From Eledone cirrhosa (lineage: Eukaryota): a DNA stretch of 64,000 nucleotides. A program made the translations under genes and the position numbers. Every line of letters starts with the position of its first letter. Position 1 is the first letter of the stretch. Of the stretch, positions 42,270 to 54,842 are shown piece by piece. The stretch lies in assembly GCA_964016885.1 (NCBI GenBank), contig OZ024741.1:268150001-268214000 (forward strand). The letters are read 5' to 3'. Below the pieces are notes generated by a model. The model had not been told where the DNA came from. It ran no database searches and worked only from the letters and a program-made list of their open reading frames with translations.

Positions 42270-42710
42270 AAAAGAGAGGGGAAATGGTACAACCATCACC
42301 CAGATATAGTAACAGGAAGTGAGAATGTGGCAATCCTATGGGATTTCCCTGTGAACAGTGACAGAACAATCAAGGCCAACAGACCTGATATAATTGTGAA
42401 GGACCATAAAGAGAAAAGATGTTTCTTAATTTACATGAACATTCTATCAGATCATATCACCTCCTTGAAAGAGTTTCGAAAGCTCAGTAAATATAAAGAT
42501 CTGACAATTGAAATTGAGAAAAGGTAGCATCTTAAGGTCTGTACAATACCAGTGATAGTCAGTGCACTAGGAATGGTTAAAAAAAAAGTGGGGGAACTGA
42601 AAAATATTTGGACCAGATACCTGGAATGCAATCTCTGCAAGAGATACAAAAAATAGTGCTGACTGGTACTGTCCACATCCCAAGAAGGGCATTATTAATT
42701 TAAAAACCTT
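42270..42710 (+). mobile_element. R4/Dong-like RLE non-LTR retrotransposon 3' fragment
   Basis: KWYNHHP...ILWDFPVNSDRTIKANRPDIIVKD...CFLI...KLSKYKDLTIEI, PVIVSALG and LQEIQKIVLTGTVHI. Confidence 0.85.
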
Positions 42711-43715
42711 GCAAAGATATTTACTATTGTTTATGCCATTGTGGCATCAGTTGTATGACAATTGATTGTAAAATGTGTGTGTATTACCAAATTTTGCCTC
42801 AGATGTCAGGTTGACATCAAGATATAGGAAAGAAGCAGAATTCAAAGGGATTTTCAAATTATAATGATAATATATTTTGTCAAAGTAGCACAGAAATGGT
42901 GGTTGGGGTGCAGGGCATAAGTGTTGGTGTTTCAGCTTCAATATTGTATGTGGTATCTCAGCAGATTCACAATAAAGTGTTTATAAAGACTGAAAAAGTA
43001 TGAGATGTGTGGCTGGAGAACATTATGCAGGAGTATATCCTTGTTGACAGAAACACTCTGCATAGTTGAGGGAGATGGGGATAAAAAAGGTGCTTAGCTT
43101 ATATGAACATTACAGTGAGGGGTTAGGTAGAGGGATTTAAAGCTACCAAGGGTGTAAATTTATATGGTATTGCAACCTCAAAGTCCTCAAGAATATGGTA
43201 GAATTGGCATAGGATGATATGGTAACAGCATTGGAATTCCCAGAATACCTCAAATTGGTAATTGATGAAAAAGGTACCATAATGGGCAAATCTTTGGCTT
43301 TTCTCTGGATGTAAATACTATATTATATCTGTAGCGAAACCTCAAGAAGATCTTTTAACCATGTTCTCAAATAGTTGCATTATCAACACACACTGACCGT
43401 TAACCTCAGTCAGCCTAACTAAGATGACAATTCCTTTGTTTGAGCATTATCGCCATTTAGATTGACTGCCTTTGTTATCAAAACACATCCATATAAATAC
43501 AAGACATTTTGACCTCCAGTATGTGGAATTTTTTAGCCTCTAACAGCATAGTTCATCATGTACACACACACTCACACACACAATCCAGCTCTGCTAACAA
43601 AAGGTTAGTAGAATTCATTACTTATAGATTCTACATTTGCACACACATTCCAGCCCATTTAACACATCACAATTATATGTGTACCCCTTTCTGTTGTTTA
43701 TTATTACTGCACATG

Positions 43716-43899
43716 GGCGGTGGATTGGCAGTATCGGTAGAGGGCCAGACGCTATGCTTTGCAGCATACTTACATCCCTTTGTGGACTGAGTTCAAATCC
43801 CGCTGAGGTTAACTTTGCCTTTCATCCTTACGGGGTCGATAAAATAAAGTACCAGTAATGCACTGGGTAATTGCTGGCCTTGTGCCAAAAGTAGAAACA
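43716..43899 (+). mobile_element. SINE family 1, young full-length copy with target-site duplication
   Basis: 16-bp TSD attattactgcacatg at 43700-43715 and 43900-43915. Confidence 0.92.
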
Positions 43900-44084
43900 A
43901 TTATTACTGCACATGATTTGGGAGTAAATCATACAACCAATTAAAGATATAAAAATTAGTGGTATCTTGTTCATCTGTAAATTCATATTGATGTGATTTG
44001 GGGAAAATTGTTTTCTCCATGACAATATCACATTACAAGTGACTACAACTACTGGTTTCATTGAGCACGGAAAGACTTCACAGC

Positions 44085-46750
44085 GTCAATTCTCTTGACT
44101 CACTTAGACACTTCATTCATTTGTGATGGACTCAACCAACAAACCACTCACACTCACTGAGATACACTTCACTCACTTTCTATGGACTCAACCAACAAAC
44201 CACTCACACTCACTGAGACACACTTCACCCATGGACTCAACCAACAAACCACTCACACTCACTGAGATACACTTCACTCATGGACTCGACCAACAAACCA
44301 CTCACACTCACTGAGACACACTTCACCCATGGACTCGACCAACAAACCACTCACACTCACTGAGACACACTTCGCCCATGGACTCGACCAACAAACCACT
44401 CACACTCACTGAGATACACTTCACTCATGGACTCGACCAACAAACCACTCACACTCACTGAGATATACTTCACTCATGGACTCGACCAACAAACCACTCA
44501 CACTCACTGAGATACACTTCACTCATGGACTCGACCAACAAACCACTCACACTCACTGAGATAGACTTCACTCATGGACTCGACCAACAAACCACTCACA
44601 CTCACTGAGATACACTTCACTCATGGACTCGACCAACAAACCACTCACACTCACTGAGACACACTTCACTCATGGACTCGACCAACAAACCACTCACACT
44701 CACTGAGATACACTTCACTCATGGACTCGACCAACAAACCACTCACACTCACTGAGATACACTTTACTCATGGACTCGACCAACAAACCACTCACACTCA
44801 CTGAGATACACTTTACTCATGGACTCGACCAACAAACCACTCACACTCACTGAGATACACTTCACTCATGGACTCGACCAACAAACCACTCACACTCACT
44901 GAGATACACTTCACTCATGGACTCGACCAACAAACCACTCACACTCACTGAGATACACTTCACTCATGGACTCGACCAACAAACCACTCACACTCAGAGA
45001 TACACTTCACTCATGGACTCGACCAACAAACCACTCACACTCACTGAGACACACTTCACCCATGGACTCGACCAACAAACCACGCACACTCACTGAGACA
45101 CACTTCACCCATGGACTCGACCAACAAACCACTCACACTCACTGAGATACACTTCACTCATGGACTCGACCAACAAACCACTCACATTCACTGAGACACA
45201 CTTCACTCATGGACTCGACCAACAAACCACTCACACTCACTGAGATATACTTCACTCATGGACTCGACCAACAAACCACTCACACTCACTGAGATACACT
45301 TCACTCATGGACTCGACCAACAAACCACTCACACTCACTGAGATAGACTTCACTCATGGACTCGACCAACAAACCACTCACACTCACTGAGATACACTTC
45401 ACTCATGGACTCGACCAACAAACCACTCACACTCACTGAGACACACTTCACTCATGGACTCGACCAACAAACCACTCACACTCACTGAGATACACTTCAC
45501 TCATGGACTCGACCAACAAACCACTCACACTCAGAGATACACTTCACTCATGGACTCGACCAACAAACCACTCACACTCACTGAGATACACTTCACTCAT
45601 GGACTCGACCAACAAACCACTCACACTCACTGAGATACACTTCACTCATGGACTCGACCAACAAACCACTCACACTCACTGAGATACACTTCACTCATGG
45701 ACTCGACCAACAAACCACTCACACTCACTGAGATACACTTCACTCATGGACTCGACCAACAAACCACTCACACTCACTGAGATACACTTCAGTCGTGAAC
45801 TCGACCAACAAACCACTCACACTCACTGAGATACACTTCACTCATAGACTCGACCAACAAACCACTCACACTCACTGAGATACACTTCACTCATGGACTC
45901 GACCAACAAACCACTCACACTCACTGAGATACACTTCACTCATGGACTCAACCAACAAACCACTCACACTCACTGAGATACACTTCAGTCGTGAACTCGA
46001 CCAACAAACCACTCACACTCACTGAGATACACTTCACTCATGGACTCGACCAACAAACCACTCACACTCACTGAGATACACTTCACTCATGGACTCGACC
46101 AACAAACCACTCACACTCACTGAGATACACTTCACTCATGGACTCAACCAACAAACCACTCACACTCACTGAGATACACTTCACTCATGGACTCGACCAA
46201 CAAACCACTCACACTCACTGAGATACACTTCAGTCGTGAACTCGACCAACAAACCACTCACACTCACTGAGATACACTTCACTCATGGACTCGACCAACA
46301 AACCACTCACACTCACTGAGATACACTCCACTCATGGACTCGACCAACAAACCACTCACACTCACTGAGACACACTTCACTCATGGACTCGACCAACAAA
46401 CCACTCACACTCACTGAGATACACTTCACTCATGGACTCGACCAACAAACCACTCACACTCACTGAGATACACTTCACTCATGGACTCGACCAACAAACC
46501 ACTCACACTCACTGAGATACACTTCACTCATGGACTCGACCAACAAACCACTCACACTCACTGAGATACACTTCACTCATGGACTCGACCAACAAACCAC
46601 TCACACTCACTGAGATACACTTCACTCATGGACTCGACCAACAAACCACTCACACTCACTGAGATACACTTCACTCATGGACTCGACCAACAAACCACTC
46701 ACACTCACTGAGATACACTTCACTCATGGACTCGACCAACAAACCACTCT
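44085..46750. repeat. 49-bp satellite, about 53 highly similar copies
   Basis: Unit tggactcgaccaacaaaccactcacactcactgagatacacttcactca. Confidence 0.97.
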
Positions 46751-46829
46751 TTCAACTTCATCTCACAACTCCAACAAATGTACCACATTGAAACACCCAC
46801 TAAATATCTATATTCGGTCTTCTTACTCT

Positions 46830-48400
46830 AGTTCTTCTTCTTGCATATGAGATAGCTTCAATTATGTGGTGACCCCCAGGTGTTGTAGCCAGCTCATGGT
46901 AGTGGGATTAGGGTATGTGAGGTCCATATTCTCAGGTAGGCAAAGATTTGGACACTCCCTCAATATATGTTCATCAGTCTGCTCTGGTGAGCCACACTGG
47001 CAAGCTGTTGATGGATGCAGTCACCTGTGATGCATGGCTACATTGAATCGGTCAATACCTATGTGTAACCGATTCAGGGACACCCACTCCCTTTGAGGGA
47101 GGTTAGCACCTGGGAGAAGGGCCATATTGGGGTTGACATTCAGTTGGGCGGGTCAAGATGCCAGGTAGTTTTCATCTTACTCTGATGTAAAGTGGCAACA
47201 CAACAGGCCATGAAGACAGGCCTAATGTACAAACTCCCCAAACTCCATGCTCTTAAGGACAAAAGCAAATAACATGCAGTCTTTATTCTGGCAACACAAG
47301 ACAGCTTGGGTCTATCAATTGGGCCCACCACTGTTTTATATTTAAAGTGAAGAAAAGGCTGTCATTCAAGGTCCTTTTTTTATCAACAATGTTTTCGGGT
47401 ATCCTAAATTGCCAAAGAACTCTTTCAATCACTGTTCCTGCTTCCAAACACAATGTCACTGATGCAGTCACTTGATCAAGGTATCATGAAGTACATGGAG
47501 GTGATGTTACCCACCTCAACTTTGCCAGGGTTCTTGCTGCACTTGATGTTAACCCAACTAGAAGGTATTATGGAATGAAGTAGTTATCGACTTCAACAAT
47601 CAATGGAGAAATGGGAGAAGATTTTGTAGGTTGTCAGGAAAGTTGGTGGAGAAGGCTTCTCTGGCATGATTGAAGAAGAGATCAAACAACACACTGAAGC
47701 AAGCCTGACATTAATGGGGATGTTCATGGAGTAGGGTGCAGTTAGATGGCAATGATACCCCACTCCCTCTCTACTTTTCCATGGTGCACACTCAGATTTA
47801 GAAAAATTTACAGTGATATGCTTATTCCAAAACTCTTTAGAATTATCATGAATTTGAGTGTCCATCGAGAATGTTCTGAGGTCCTCCCCTCCCCAGGGCA
47901 TCAAGGCCTGAGTGTCCATCTAGAATGTTCTGAGGTCCTCCCCTCCCCAGGGCATCAAGGCCTGAGTGTCCATCGAGAATGTTCTGAGGTCCTCCCCAGG
48001 GCATCAAGGCCTGAGTGTCCATCTAGAATGTTCTGAGGTCCTCCCCTCCCCAGGGCATCAAGGCCTGAGTGTCCATCTAGAATGTTCTGAGGCCCTCCCC
48101 AGGGCATCAAGGCCTGGGGAGGGGTCTGCATCGAAGAACACCAAGAAATTGGTACTGTTGAAGACATGGGAAGAACTGTTAATATGGTGAACAGAAAAGA
48201 GAGAAAGAAGATGAAATAGAAGATCATCCATCACTGTGGACAGAGGAGACGTTTGTAGCAGGTTTTCACCAGGCCGTATTTTTTAAGGATATGATCAAGG
48301 AGTGCAAGGTTTCGAAGGAACGAAGCCTGTGTATTACCTGAACGATCCCAGCTGACTTACAGCTACTGCTATGTCTGAAGAAGCCAGATGAAAGAAGAAG
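46830..48400 (-). mobile_element. Vingi/Ingi-like LINE 3' portion, degraded
   Basis: Minus-strand peptide REWVSLNRLHIGIDRFN...CQCGSPEQTDEHILRECP (CCHC) and a (GAA)n tail at ~46831-46842. The upstream boundary is uncertain. Confidence 0.6.
47855..48116. repeat. 54-bp minisatellite, 5 copies
   Basis: Unit tgagtgtccatcKagaatgttctgaggtcctcccctccccagggcatcaaggcc starting at 47855, 47909, 47963, 48012 and 48066. Confidence 0.95.
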
Positions 48401-48539
48401 CTTTCTATAACTATGTTTTGTTTTTTGCTTTCTTTACCAAGAAATCCGCAACACTGAAACCTCATTCTCTCCTCTCTGAAATCTCCTCAGCCATCAATCA
48501 CCAGAGAACCCAATGTTATGCTTCCTCCAAAACATTGAT

Positions 48540-49180
48540 CTACATAGGAACTTTTATAATGCGTTTGTGCGTCTCAAGCAACATGTTTGTATGTATAGTG
48601 GGTTATATGTAGTCGTCGTAGTTGTTGTACGCGGTTTAAGACTGTTTTGTAAGCGAGAAAGGAGCGAGAAGAAATGAGGTATGACAGAGTAGACGTGAGA
48701 TGAGAAAGAAAGAGATGTGAGATAAGGGGAAAGGGTTAAAAAGAGCATCACTTCCTTGAACTGCACGCCACTACGATTACATAATCCACATTACATAGGA
48801 ACTTTTATGTAAGAGTTTTGAATTTTTTTTTAAATGACGCGTCAGGTTGGGAAAACAATTGCTAGCGTAAGATGCGAGCCCACTGTGAATATTTATGTGC
48901 GTGTGTACCTGAAGGTGTGACACTAAATTGATCCTGTGTGACTCATTAAGCTCTCGTCTGTCATTACTCATACAGCAGAACTAGTTCGTCTAAGCCCCGC
49001 AACTGACTGTTGGACCAGTTGTTCTCTGCAGTGAAGTATGACAACAGTTAGATTATACTCAGCACGGACACACAATCAGTATTCAACATGAACTGATGTG
49101 AACCGACCGTTTTTTTAGTGGAAGATTTTGTTGTTGGTCGGAACAGAAAGAAACACGGAAAAAAACTTATATTTGGAGGT
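48540..49180 (+). promoter_or_regulatory. CpG-enriched unique segment; candidate Rab24 promoter and non-coding first exon
   Basis: CpG is visibly more frequent than in the flanks. It contains the palindrome TGACGCGTCA (~48835-48844) and a donor-like GAG|gtgaga at 49178/49179. The first coding exon has an upstream acceptor that needs a partner. Confidence 0.35.
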
Positions 49181-49562
49181 GAGATATGAGTCTGTTATTT
49201 AATTATGTCACATACAGTTCTAGCAACATTACAGACATATGTATTTATTTGTCATATTATACTAAACACATTATCCTTTGGAATCTTTAAGAGCTTTGTG
49301 TTCCTCGTGGGGTGACACACTCGTATGTTCCGCCTCATTCCATCGATTGACACACTCACGCACATATATATACACAGGTACAGATGTGTACACACTTATA
49401 TATACGCACTAGTGTATATATATATGTATGACAATGTTTAACATCATTTTTCGTATAATCATTTCTGTTAAGTGTGTGTATGTTTATGTTGTGTATCTAC
49501 TTTGGCCATCCCATATATATGTGTATATATAGGTATATATGTATGGGTGTATGTAATGTTAT

Positions 49563-49672
49563 ATATAGGAAAAAGTCCTGACTCTTTTCCTATTACCCAC
49601 TCTACTACCCTAAGTACTGACTACTCTGGTGTGTTATGGTCCACCTGGTATCTTACCACACCTTCTTTGTTA
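49563..49672 (+). mobile_element. Family D element 3' fragment with short 5' inversion
   Basis: Matches the reverse complement of 54645-54720. It begins with the imperfect hairpin taggaaaaagt/actcttttccta and is flanked by TA repeats. Confidence 0.65.
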
Positions 49673-49869
49673 TATATATATAAAGTCTGCCTAGAGACCA
49701 CAAATCAGGGTATTACATTATGCATGGGAAAAACCAGAGTTGGTATAAAAAAAAAATATAAAAACCTTCCTTTATATATATATATATTAGTTGAACAAAT
49801 AAAACAAACACAGATGCAAAAACACAAGTAGAAAGTAAATAAATGGTTGTATTTACATACGCATGTACA

Positions 49870-49906
<37 letters not shown>

Positions 49907-49949
49907 TAATTCAAAATATTAACAAAATAGATATTCTTGTGATCAAGTA

Positions 49950-50016
49950 TATTTTATTATACATATTTCAGAGGTACTGAGTTAAGTTCAACAGTACGTC
50001 CTCATCAGATAAAATA
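49950..50016 (-). ncRNA. Type I hammerhead motif (family A), left arm of palindrome
   Basis: The reverse complement reads tattttat-CTGATGA-ggacgtactg...cagtacctct-GAAA-tatgta-TA-ataaaata. Confidence 0.8.
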
Positions 50017-50104
50017 AGATGATGCATGACATACCCTGACATAGTAGATGGTTAAGATTCAGTCATTAACCATCTACTATGTCAGGGTATGTCATGCATC
50101 ATGT

Positions 50105-50171
50105 TATTTTATCTGATGAGGACGTACTGTTGAACTTAACTCAGAACCTCTGAAATATGTATAATAAAATA
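50105..50171 (+). ncRNA. Type I hammerhead motif (family A), right arm of palindrome
   Basis: Same core as 2993-3059, with one extra mismatch in stem II (cagaacctct). Confidence 0.78.
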
Positions 50172-50322
50172 TACTTGATCACAAGAATATCTATTTTGTT
50201 AATATTTTGAATTAATATTAATAACTCTGGAAAACCTTCTGTTGAGTGCTTCCAATCTATTATAAAACTCATTCTTTGATGTATTCATTGAACCTTATTT
50301 AACTTTTAAATATATATATATA

Positions 50323-50477
50323 CAATAAAATTCCGTTATAACGGAATACACTGTATAAAAAAATTCGTTGTAACGAAAAATCCTTTATAACTAGATCGAC
50401 CTAACACATTGAACGTGTGGTCGGGATTGAAAAAAAGTCGATATACTGAAAAATTCATTATAACGTAATTTTACCTG
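50323..50477. mobile_element. Tc1/pogo-like MITE
   Basis: TIR-like caataaaattccgttataacg / cattataacgtaattttacctg with TA flanks. Related to 10679-10824. Confidence 0.65.
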
Positions 50478-50621
50478 TATATATATATATAATGTAGGAG
50501 GTGAGTTTTATTGTAGTACAATAAAGCAATGCAGATATCGGATAAGAAGCACTCTACAGTTTGTGGGACTGGAGTATATATAATATATAAGATCAAAAGA
50601 TGGTTAAAGGAGTTCCATGTA

Positions 50622-50687
50622 TTTTATTATGCTCATTTCAAAAACAAACATCATCATGCAATAATATTTGTGTTTTCATCAGATAAA
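50622..50687 (-). ncRNA. Type I hammerhead motif (family C), left arm of palindrome
   Basis: Mirror of 50701-50767, with stem III variant atgagcat. Confidence 0.7.
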
Positions 50688-50700
50688 TCATGTTCTCCTG

Positions 50701-50767
50701 TTTTATCTGATGAAAACACAAATATTATTGCATGATGATGTTTGTTTTTGAAATGCGCATAATAAAA
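50701..50767 (+). ncRNA. Type I hammerhead motif (family C), right arm of palindrome
   Basis: ttttat-CTGATGA-[36-nt hairpin, ~15 bp including several G-U pairs]-GAAA-tgcgca-TA-ataaaa. Stem III ATGCGCAT is a perfect palindrome. Confidence 0.8.
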
Positions 50768-50799
50768 TACATGGAACTCCTTTAACCATCTTTTGGTCT

Positions 50800-50846
<47 letters not shown>

Positions 50847-51602
50847 GAATGCGCCCCACCTCCACCCCCAAGTGTATACATTATTTATTAGAATGCTGTA
50901 TATATGGCGATGCATTATCGAATCTCATTCCCAGACGGTTATGTGGTGAGATCGAAGGGGCAACAGTTGACAGGCTGCTATTTCTCGTATGTTGAGCAAC
51001 CGAGGAGTGGTTCTCGTTACTTCATATACACTTCATAGTTAACTGTAATATCGACATTCACGGAAGGGTTATCAATTAATTTGAATGAAGATGCTGGGTG
51101 GAAAAAATTAACACGAATTACAGTAGCTGTTATATAGTTTTTAGTTACTTTGGAATATGCCCGTATATTACCGTATCTATTCATAAACAATACACACTTC
51201 TATATGTTTTTAAAACTTAAAATTACGAATGCACTTTAAACTCAAGAACTAGCTTGATACATAAGCTATTGTGATTTGTATATATAACAACAGCAATAAG
51301 ATAGAATTACTTCATCATTCTCTAGCGCTTGTCGTTTATATACGAAATATATTTTCGCCGATATTTCTTCGGTAACATTAGTAAATTATTACATACATTT
51401 AAAACCTCAACAGCTGTCGTTATCCAATACCAAAGATTAATTCTAAAATACTTTGCATCACAATCCTTCGTACTTGACGTGACATTCGCATCGTCTACAC
51501 ATTCTGAAACTAATGCTCCATCCTAAATATTGCGAGGAATTGTGTTATCTGGTAGTAAGTATCTAGAAATTCATTGTGAAGTTTTTCAACTTCATTTGCA
51601 AG

Positions 51603-51664
<62 letters not shown>

Positions 51665-51667
<3 letters not shown>

Positions 51668-52556
51668 ATAATAATAATGAAAATATTGTGTACAGTGCTC
51701 AGGTGCATTACAACTCATCAAAGGTGTATGTATAGTACATAGGGTAATGTACAAACGTCAGGAAAATGAAGAGTGCATGAGTCATGATATACACATGTGT
51801 GTATGGAAGGGGACATCAGGTGTAGTTTTGGCGAATTTCGGGAAGCATGAGGGTTTTAAAGGATGCAGTATCTCGGCAGCTAACCACTGACGCAGGCAGT
51901 TTGTTCCATGCTTCAGCAACTGTAAGCGTGAAAAAATGTTTCAGAAAGTCATGGGAGCTGTGCTGTTTTCTGACTTTGTAGGCATGTCCACATGTGTTAG
52001 ACACATGGAGATCAAAAAGGTGCTCAGGGTTGTTGTTGGCGAGATGGTTAATAACTTTGTGGGTGTTTACCAAGTCCATTGCCAGCCGTCGGAGCTTCAA
52101 TGAATCCATGCCCAGGGAAGCAAGGCGTTCAGAGTATGGTAGGTGTCTGATGGAGGGTATGCACTTGGTTGCACGTCTCTGAACAGTTTCCAGGAGGTCA
52201 ATGTTCTGAGCAAGATAGGGGTTCCAGACTGATGATGCGAATTCCAAGTGTGGTCGTACCATAGCTGTATACAGCTTTAAATAGATGGCTGGAAAGCGGC
52301 TAACAAAGGCCTTGCTGAGTGATGCCAAGACACCCTCGGCCTTTTTGACAATTTTAGAGATGTGCTGATAGTAATGCCCAGGTCACGTTCACAAGAGGAC
52401 TTCTTGATATCAGTGTTGTGGAGGGAGTATGTCGACGCTGGACTTGTCCACAGCCAGCTTCAGTTGCCAGTCTGTGATCCATTGCTGCCTTGTGTCCAGG
52501 TCTGATTGTAGGAAAGTGTTATAGATTTCAGGATCTGGCCTTTTGATTTCAAGGTA
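51665..52556 (-). mobile_element. CR1-clade LINE 3' part (RT C-terminus, 3' UTR, (ATT)n tail)
   Basis: LYTAMVRPHLEFASSVWNP...LETVQRRATK...YSERL..LG...L..RR...D...FF......WNKLP. Confidence 0.9.
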
Positions 52557-53204
52557 CTATATATATATATATATATTCTCGTAATAGATTGTTGTACCTT
52601 GCCTGCAAAAACATGGGATGGTGTGAAGACCTTTTGAGCAAGATAGGCTAATGCAAGTAAATATTAAGAGGGATAGTAGGAAAAGAAAAATCAACCACTA
52701 AGGAAACAGGAAATAAATGAAACTGTCTACTTGTACAGTTTGTTGTAGAATTTGCCTGTCAGAGGCTGGACTTCTCACATAAGAGCACACAATAAGGCAT
52801 TGCTTACTGACTATAGAATATACAAACCAGTTTACCCTTATTAATGTCACATATGCCATAAGATCTGCAAATCTCAAGGGAGTCTAAAGAGATATTTCAA
52901 AGTACATCAAGATACACAGGCAGTCCAAGCTGTACCAAAACTAATATACAATTTATGCGGATGGCTTTTTAAAAGTATGTCTGGTCTAAAGAGCCACATA
53001 AGATCTCAGTACATCAAAGTTGTAATTGCACTGGAGCAACACAAGTTAAATTATCTCGGGCAGTCCCTATGCACTCAATGATGCAAGAAATATATTCTTT
53101 GCATCGGAGTCGACTCTTTACAATATTAGAAGGAAACACAATACATATATATATGTGTATATAAATATATATTATATTATATGTAATATTTTTATATAAA
53201 TTGT

Positions 53205-54270
53205 ATCTGGTGGAAATTAGATGTAGAAGAATGACTTGTAAGAGCAGTGCAAGTTATGTACAGAGGAGTTGTCAGTAAAGTGAGTGTAGGAAATGTTTAG
53301 CGAGAAATTCAAGGTACAGGTAGGAGTACATCATAGTTCTTCAGGCCATAACAGAGGAGTTTAAAATAATGAAACAGTTCACTGCATAGAGAAGTTTCCA
53401 TGGGCAGCCAGTCTTAAACTCCTCTAATGAATAGTAGTGGGCTAAGAACCAAACCTTGATGAACTACTTGTACTTTGAATTCCACACACAACTCTTTTTC
53501 TATTCTTACTTTGCTGATAGCTCCTCTGTACATGACTTGCACTGCTCTCACCAACCATTCTTCTACACCTAATTTCCTTAAGGACCACCAGATAATAGAT
53601 CGTGGTCTTCTGTTAAATGCTTTTTTTTTTTTAAAGTCAACGAAAGCTAGGTATAGTGGCTTATTCTTGGCTAAGAACTCTTGTAGTTACTTCACTAAAA
53701 AGAAGGCATATGGAATACTTTTCCCAGGTATGAATCCAAACTACATCTTATCTAATTTGACTCTTTCTCTAATTAGCTATGCTATAACTCTTTCTGTCAC
53801 TTTCATAACTTGGTCCATTGGTTTTATTCCTCTATAGTTGCTCCTCTCTAGGGCATCACCTTTGCCCTTGTAGCAATTTACAATTGTACTGCTGCACCAG
53901 TCATTGGGTATGACACCATCCTGTATTACATGATTTATTATACAGATTACTAATTTAACTCCTACTTCTGATACTTTTAGCATATCAGCAGGTATTTCTA
54001 ATGGTCCTACAGCTTTACCATTTTTCCTCTCTTTCATTGCTTCTTTTACCCTATAACTATCAACTTCAATAGCTGGCCCTTCTGTTGGAAAGTTGGAGGT
54101 AGTTTCTCTGAGTCATTCTCTACATTCATCAGTTTTTCAGAGTAACATTTCCAGGCCTTTTTCTTTTGAGTATCAGTGGTGCTAAATACACCAGTGTCGT
54201 TTCTAACATACTTTTTCCCAACAACATCACAATTCACACTGACACACTTCATGTCTCTGATCCTCACGTT
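53205..54270. mobile_element. Two RTE LINE fragments in opposite orientation (53205-53370 +; 53390-54270 -)
   Basis: Minus strand reads KNGKAVGP..IPADMLK...IPNDWCSSTIVNCYKGKGDALERSNYRGIK. The plus fragment repeats ggaaattagrtgtagaagaatg...agagcagtgcaagt.atgtacagagg. Confidence 0.85.
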
Positions 54271-54459
54271 TCAGGTTTATATATCATCATCATCATCATT
54301 TTATGTCTGCTTTTCCCTGCTTGCAAGGGTGGGACAGGAACTGATTCTGGCTTGATTTCTACAGCTGGATGCCCTTCCTAACACCAACCTCATTTACAGT
54401 GAATGCGGGGTGCTTTTTTGCCGTGGCACCTCCACGACCACTTCGCAGTGGAATGATAT

Positions 54460-54613
54460 GGACCCCAGTCCCTATCATCTCATTTCTACAGCTGAGTAAA
54501 CTGGAGCAATGTGAAATAAAGTATCTTGCTCAAGGAAACAACACATCACCCGGTCTGAGAATTGAACTCACAACCTTTTGATTGCAAGGCCAATGCTCTA
54601 ACCACTAAGCCAT
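54460..54613 (-). mobile_element. tRNA-derived CORE-type SINE (family 3)
   Basis: Minus strand has the A box tggcttagtggttagagc and B box gagttcaattc, then ccttgagcaagatactttatttcacattgctccagtttactcagctgtagaaatg (CORE-like). Confidence 0.75.
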
Positions 54614-54631
54614 TATATATATATATATATA

Positions 54632-54778
54632 TATAGAGCGAGGGAAATGTGGTAAGGAACCAGGTGGACCATAACGCACCAAAGTACTCAATACTTAGGG
54701 TAGTAGAGTGGGTAATAGGAGTAAGTAAGACCCCGACGGCTGAGCTCAAGCCGTTTCGACGGCTAATTCTGTACATTA
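54632..54778 (-). mobile_element. Family D element with hammerhead 3' half, in (TA)n
   Basis: Minus strand reads c-GAAA-cggct[tgagctc]agccg-TC-ggggtc, then the bulged hairpin at 54686-54709. The CTGANGA half is missing. Confidence 0.7.
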
Positions 54779-54842
54779 TATATATATATATATAATGAAA
54801 TGACAGGAGGGTGGATTTGTGTAAATCCCTGAAAGGTTTATT

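Larger units (their letters stand above)
49903..50312. mobile_element. Family A hammerhead element: 153-bp-arm palindrome plus 3' tail, in (TA)n
   Basis: Arms 49903-50055 and 50066-50218 with a 10-nt spacer and very few mismatches. Confidence 0.88.
50490..50815. mobile_element. Family C hammerhead element: ~110-bp-arm palindrome plus tail, in (TA)n
   Basis: Arms ~50575-50687 and ~50702-50814. Tail 50490-50575 carries the bulged hairpin on the minus strand. Confidence 0.85.

Noticed and set aside
44085-46750. Regular 49-bp and 40-bp arrays as possible CRISPR arrays
   Set aside because: Head-to-tail repeats with no unique spacers, no cas genes, and a eukaryotic context.
54540-54613. tRNA gene
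   Set aside because: The A and B boxes run directly into a SINE core and no acceptor stem is evident; it is a SINE head. The same applies to family 1 heads.
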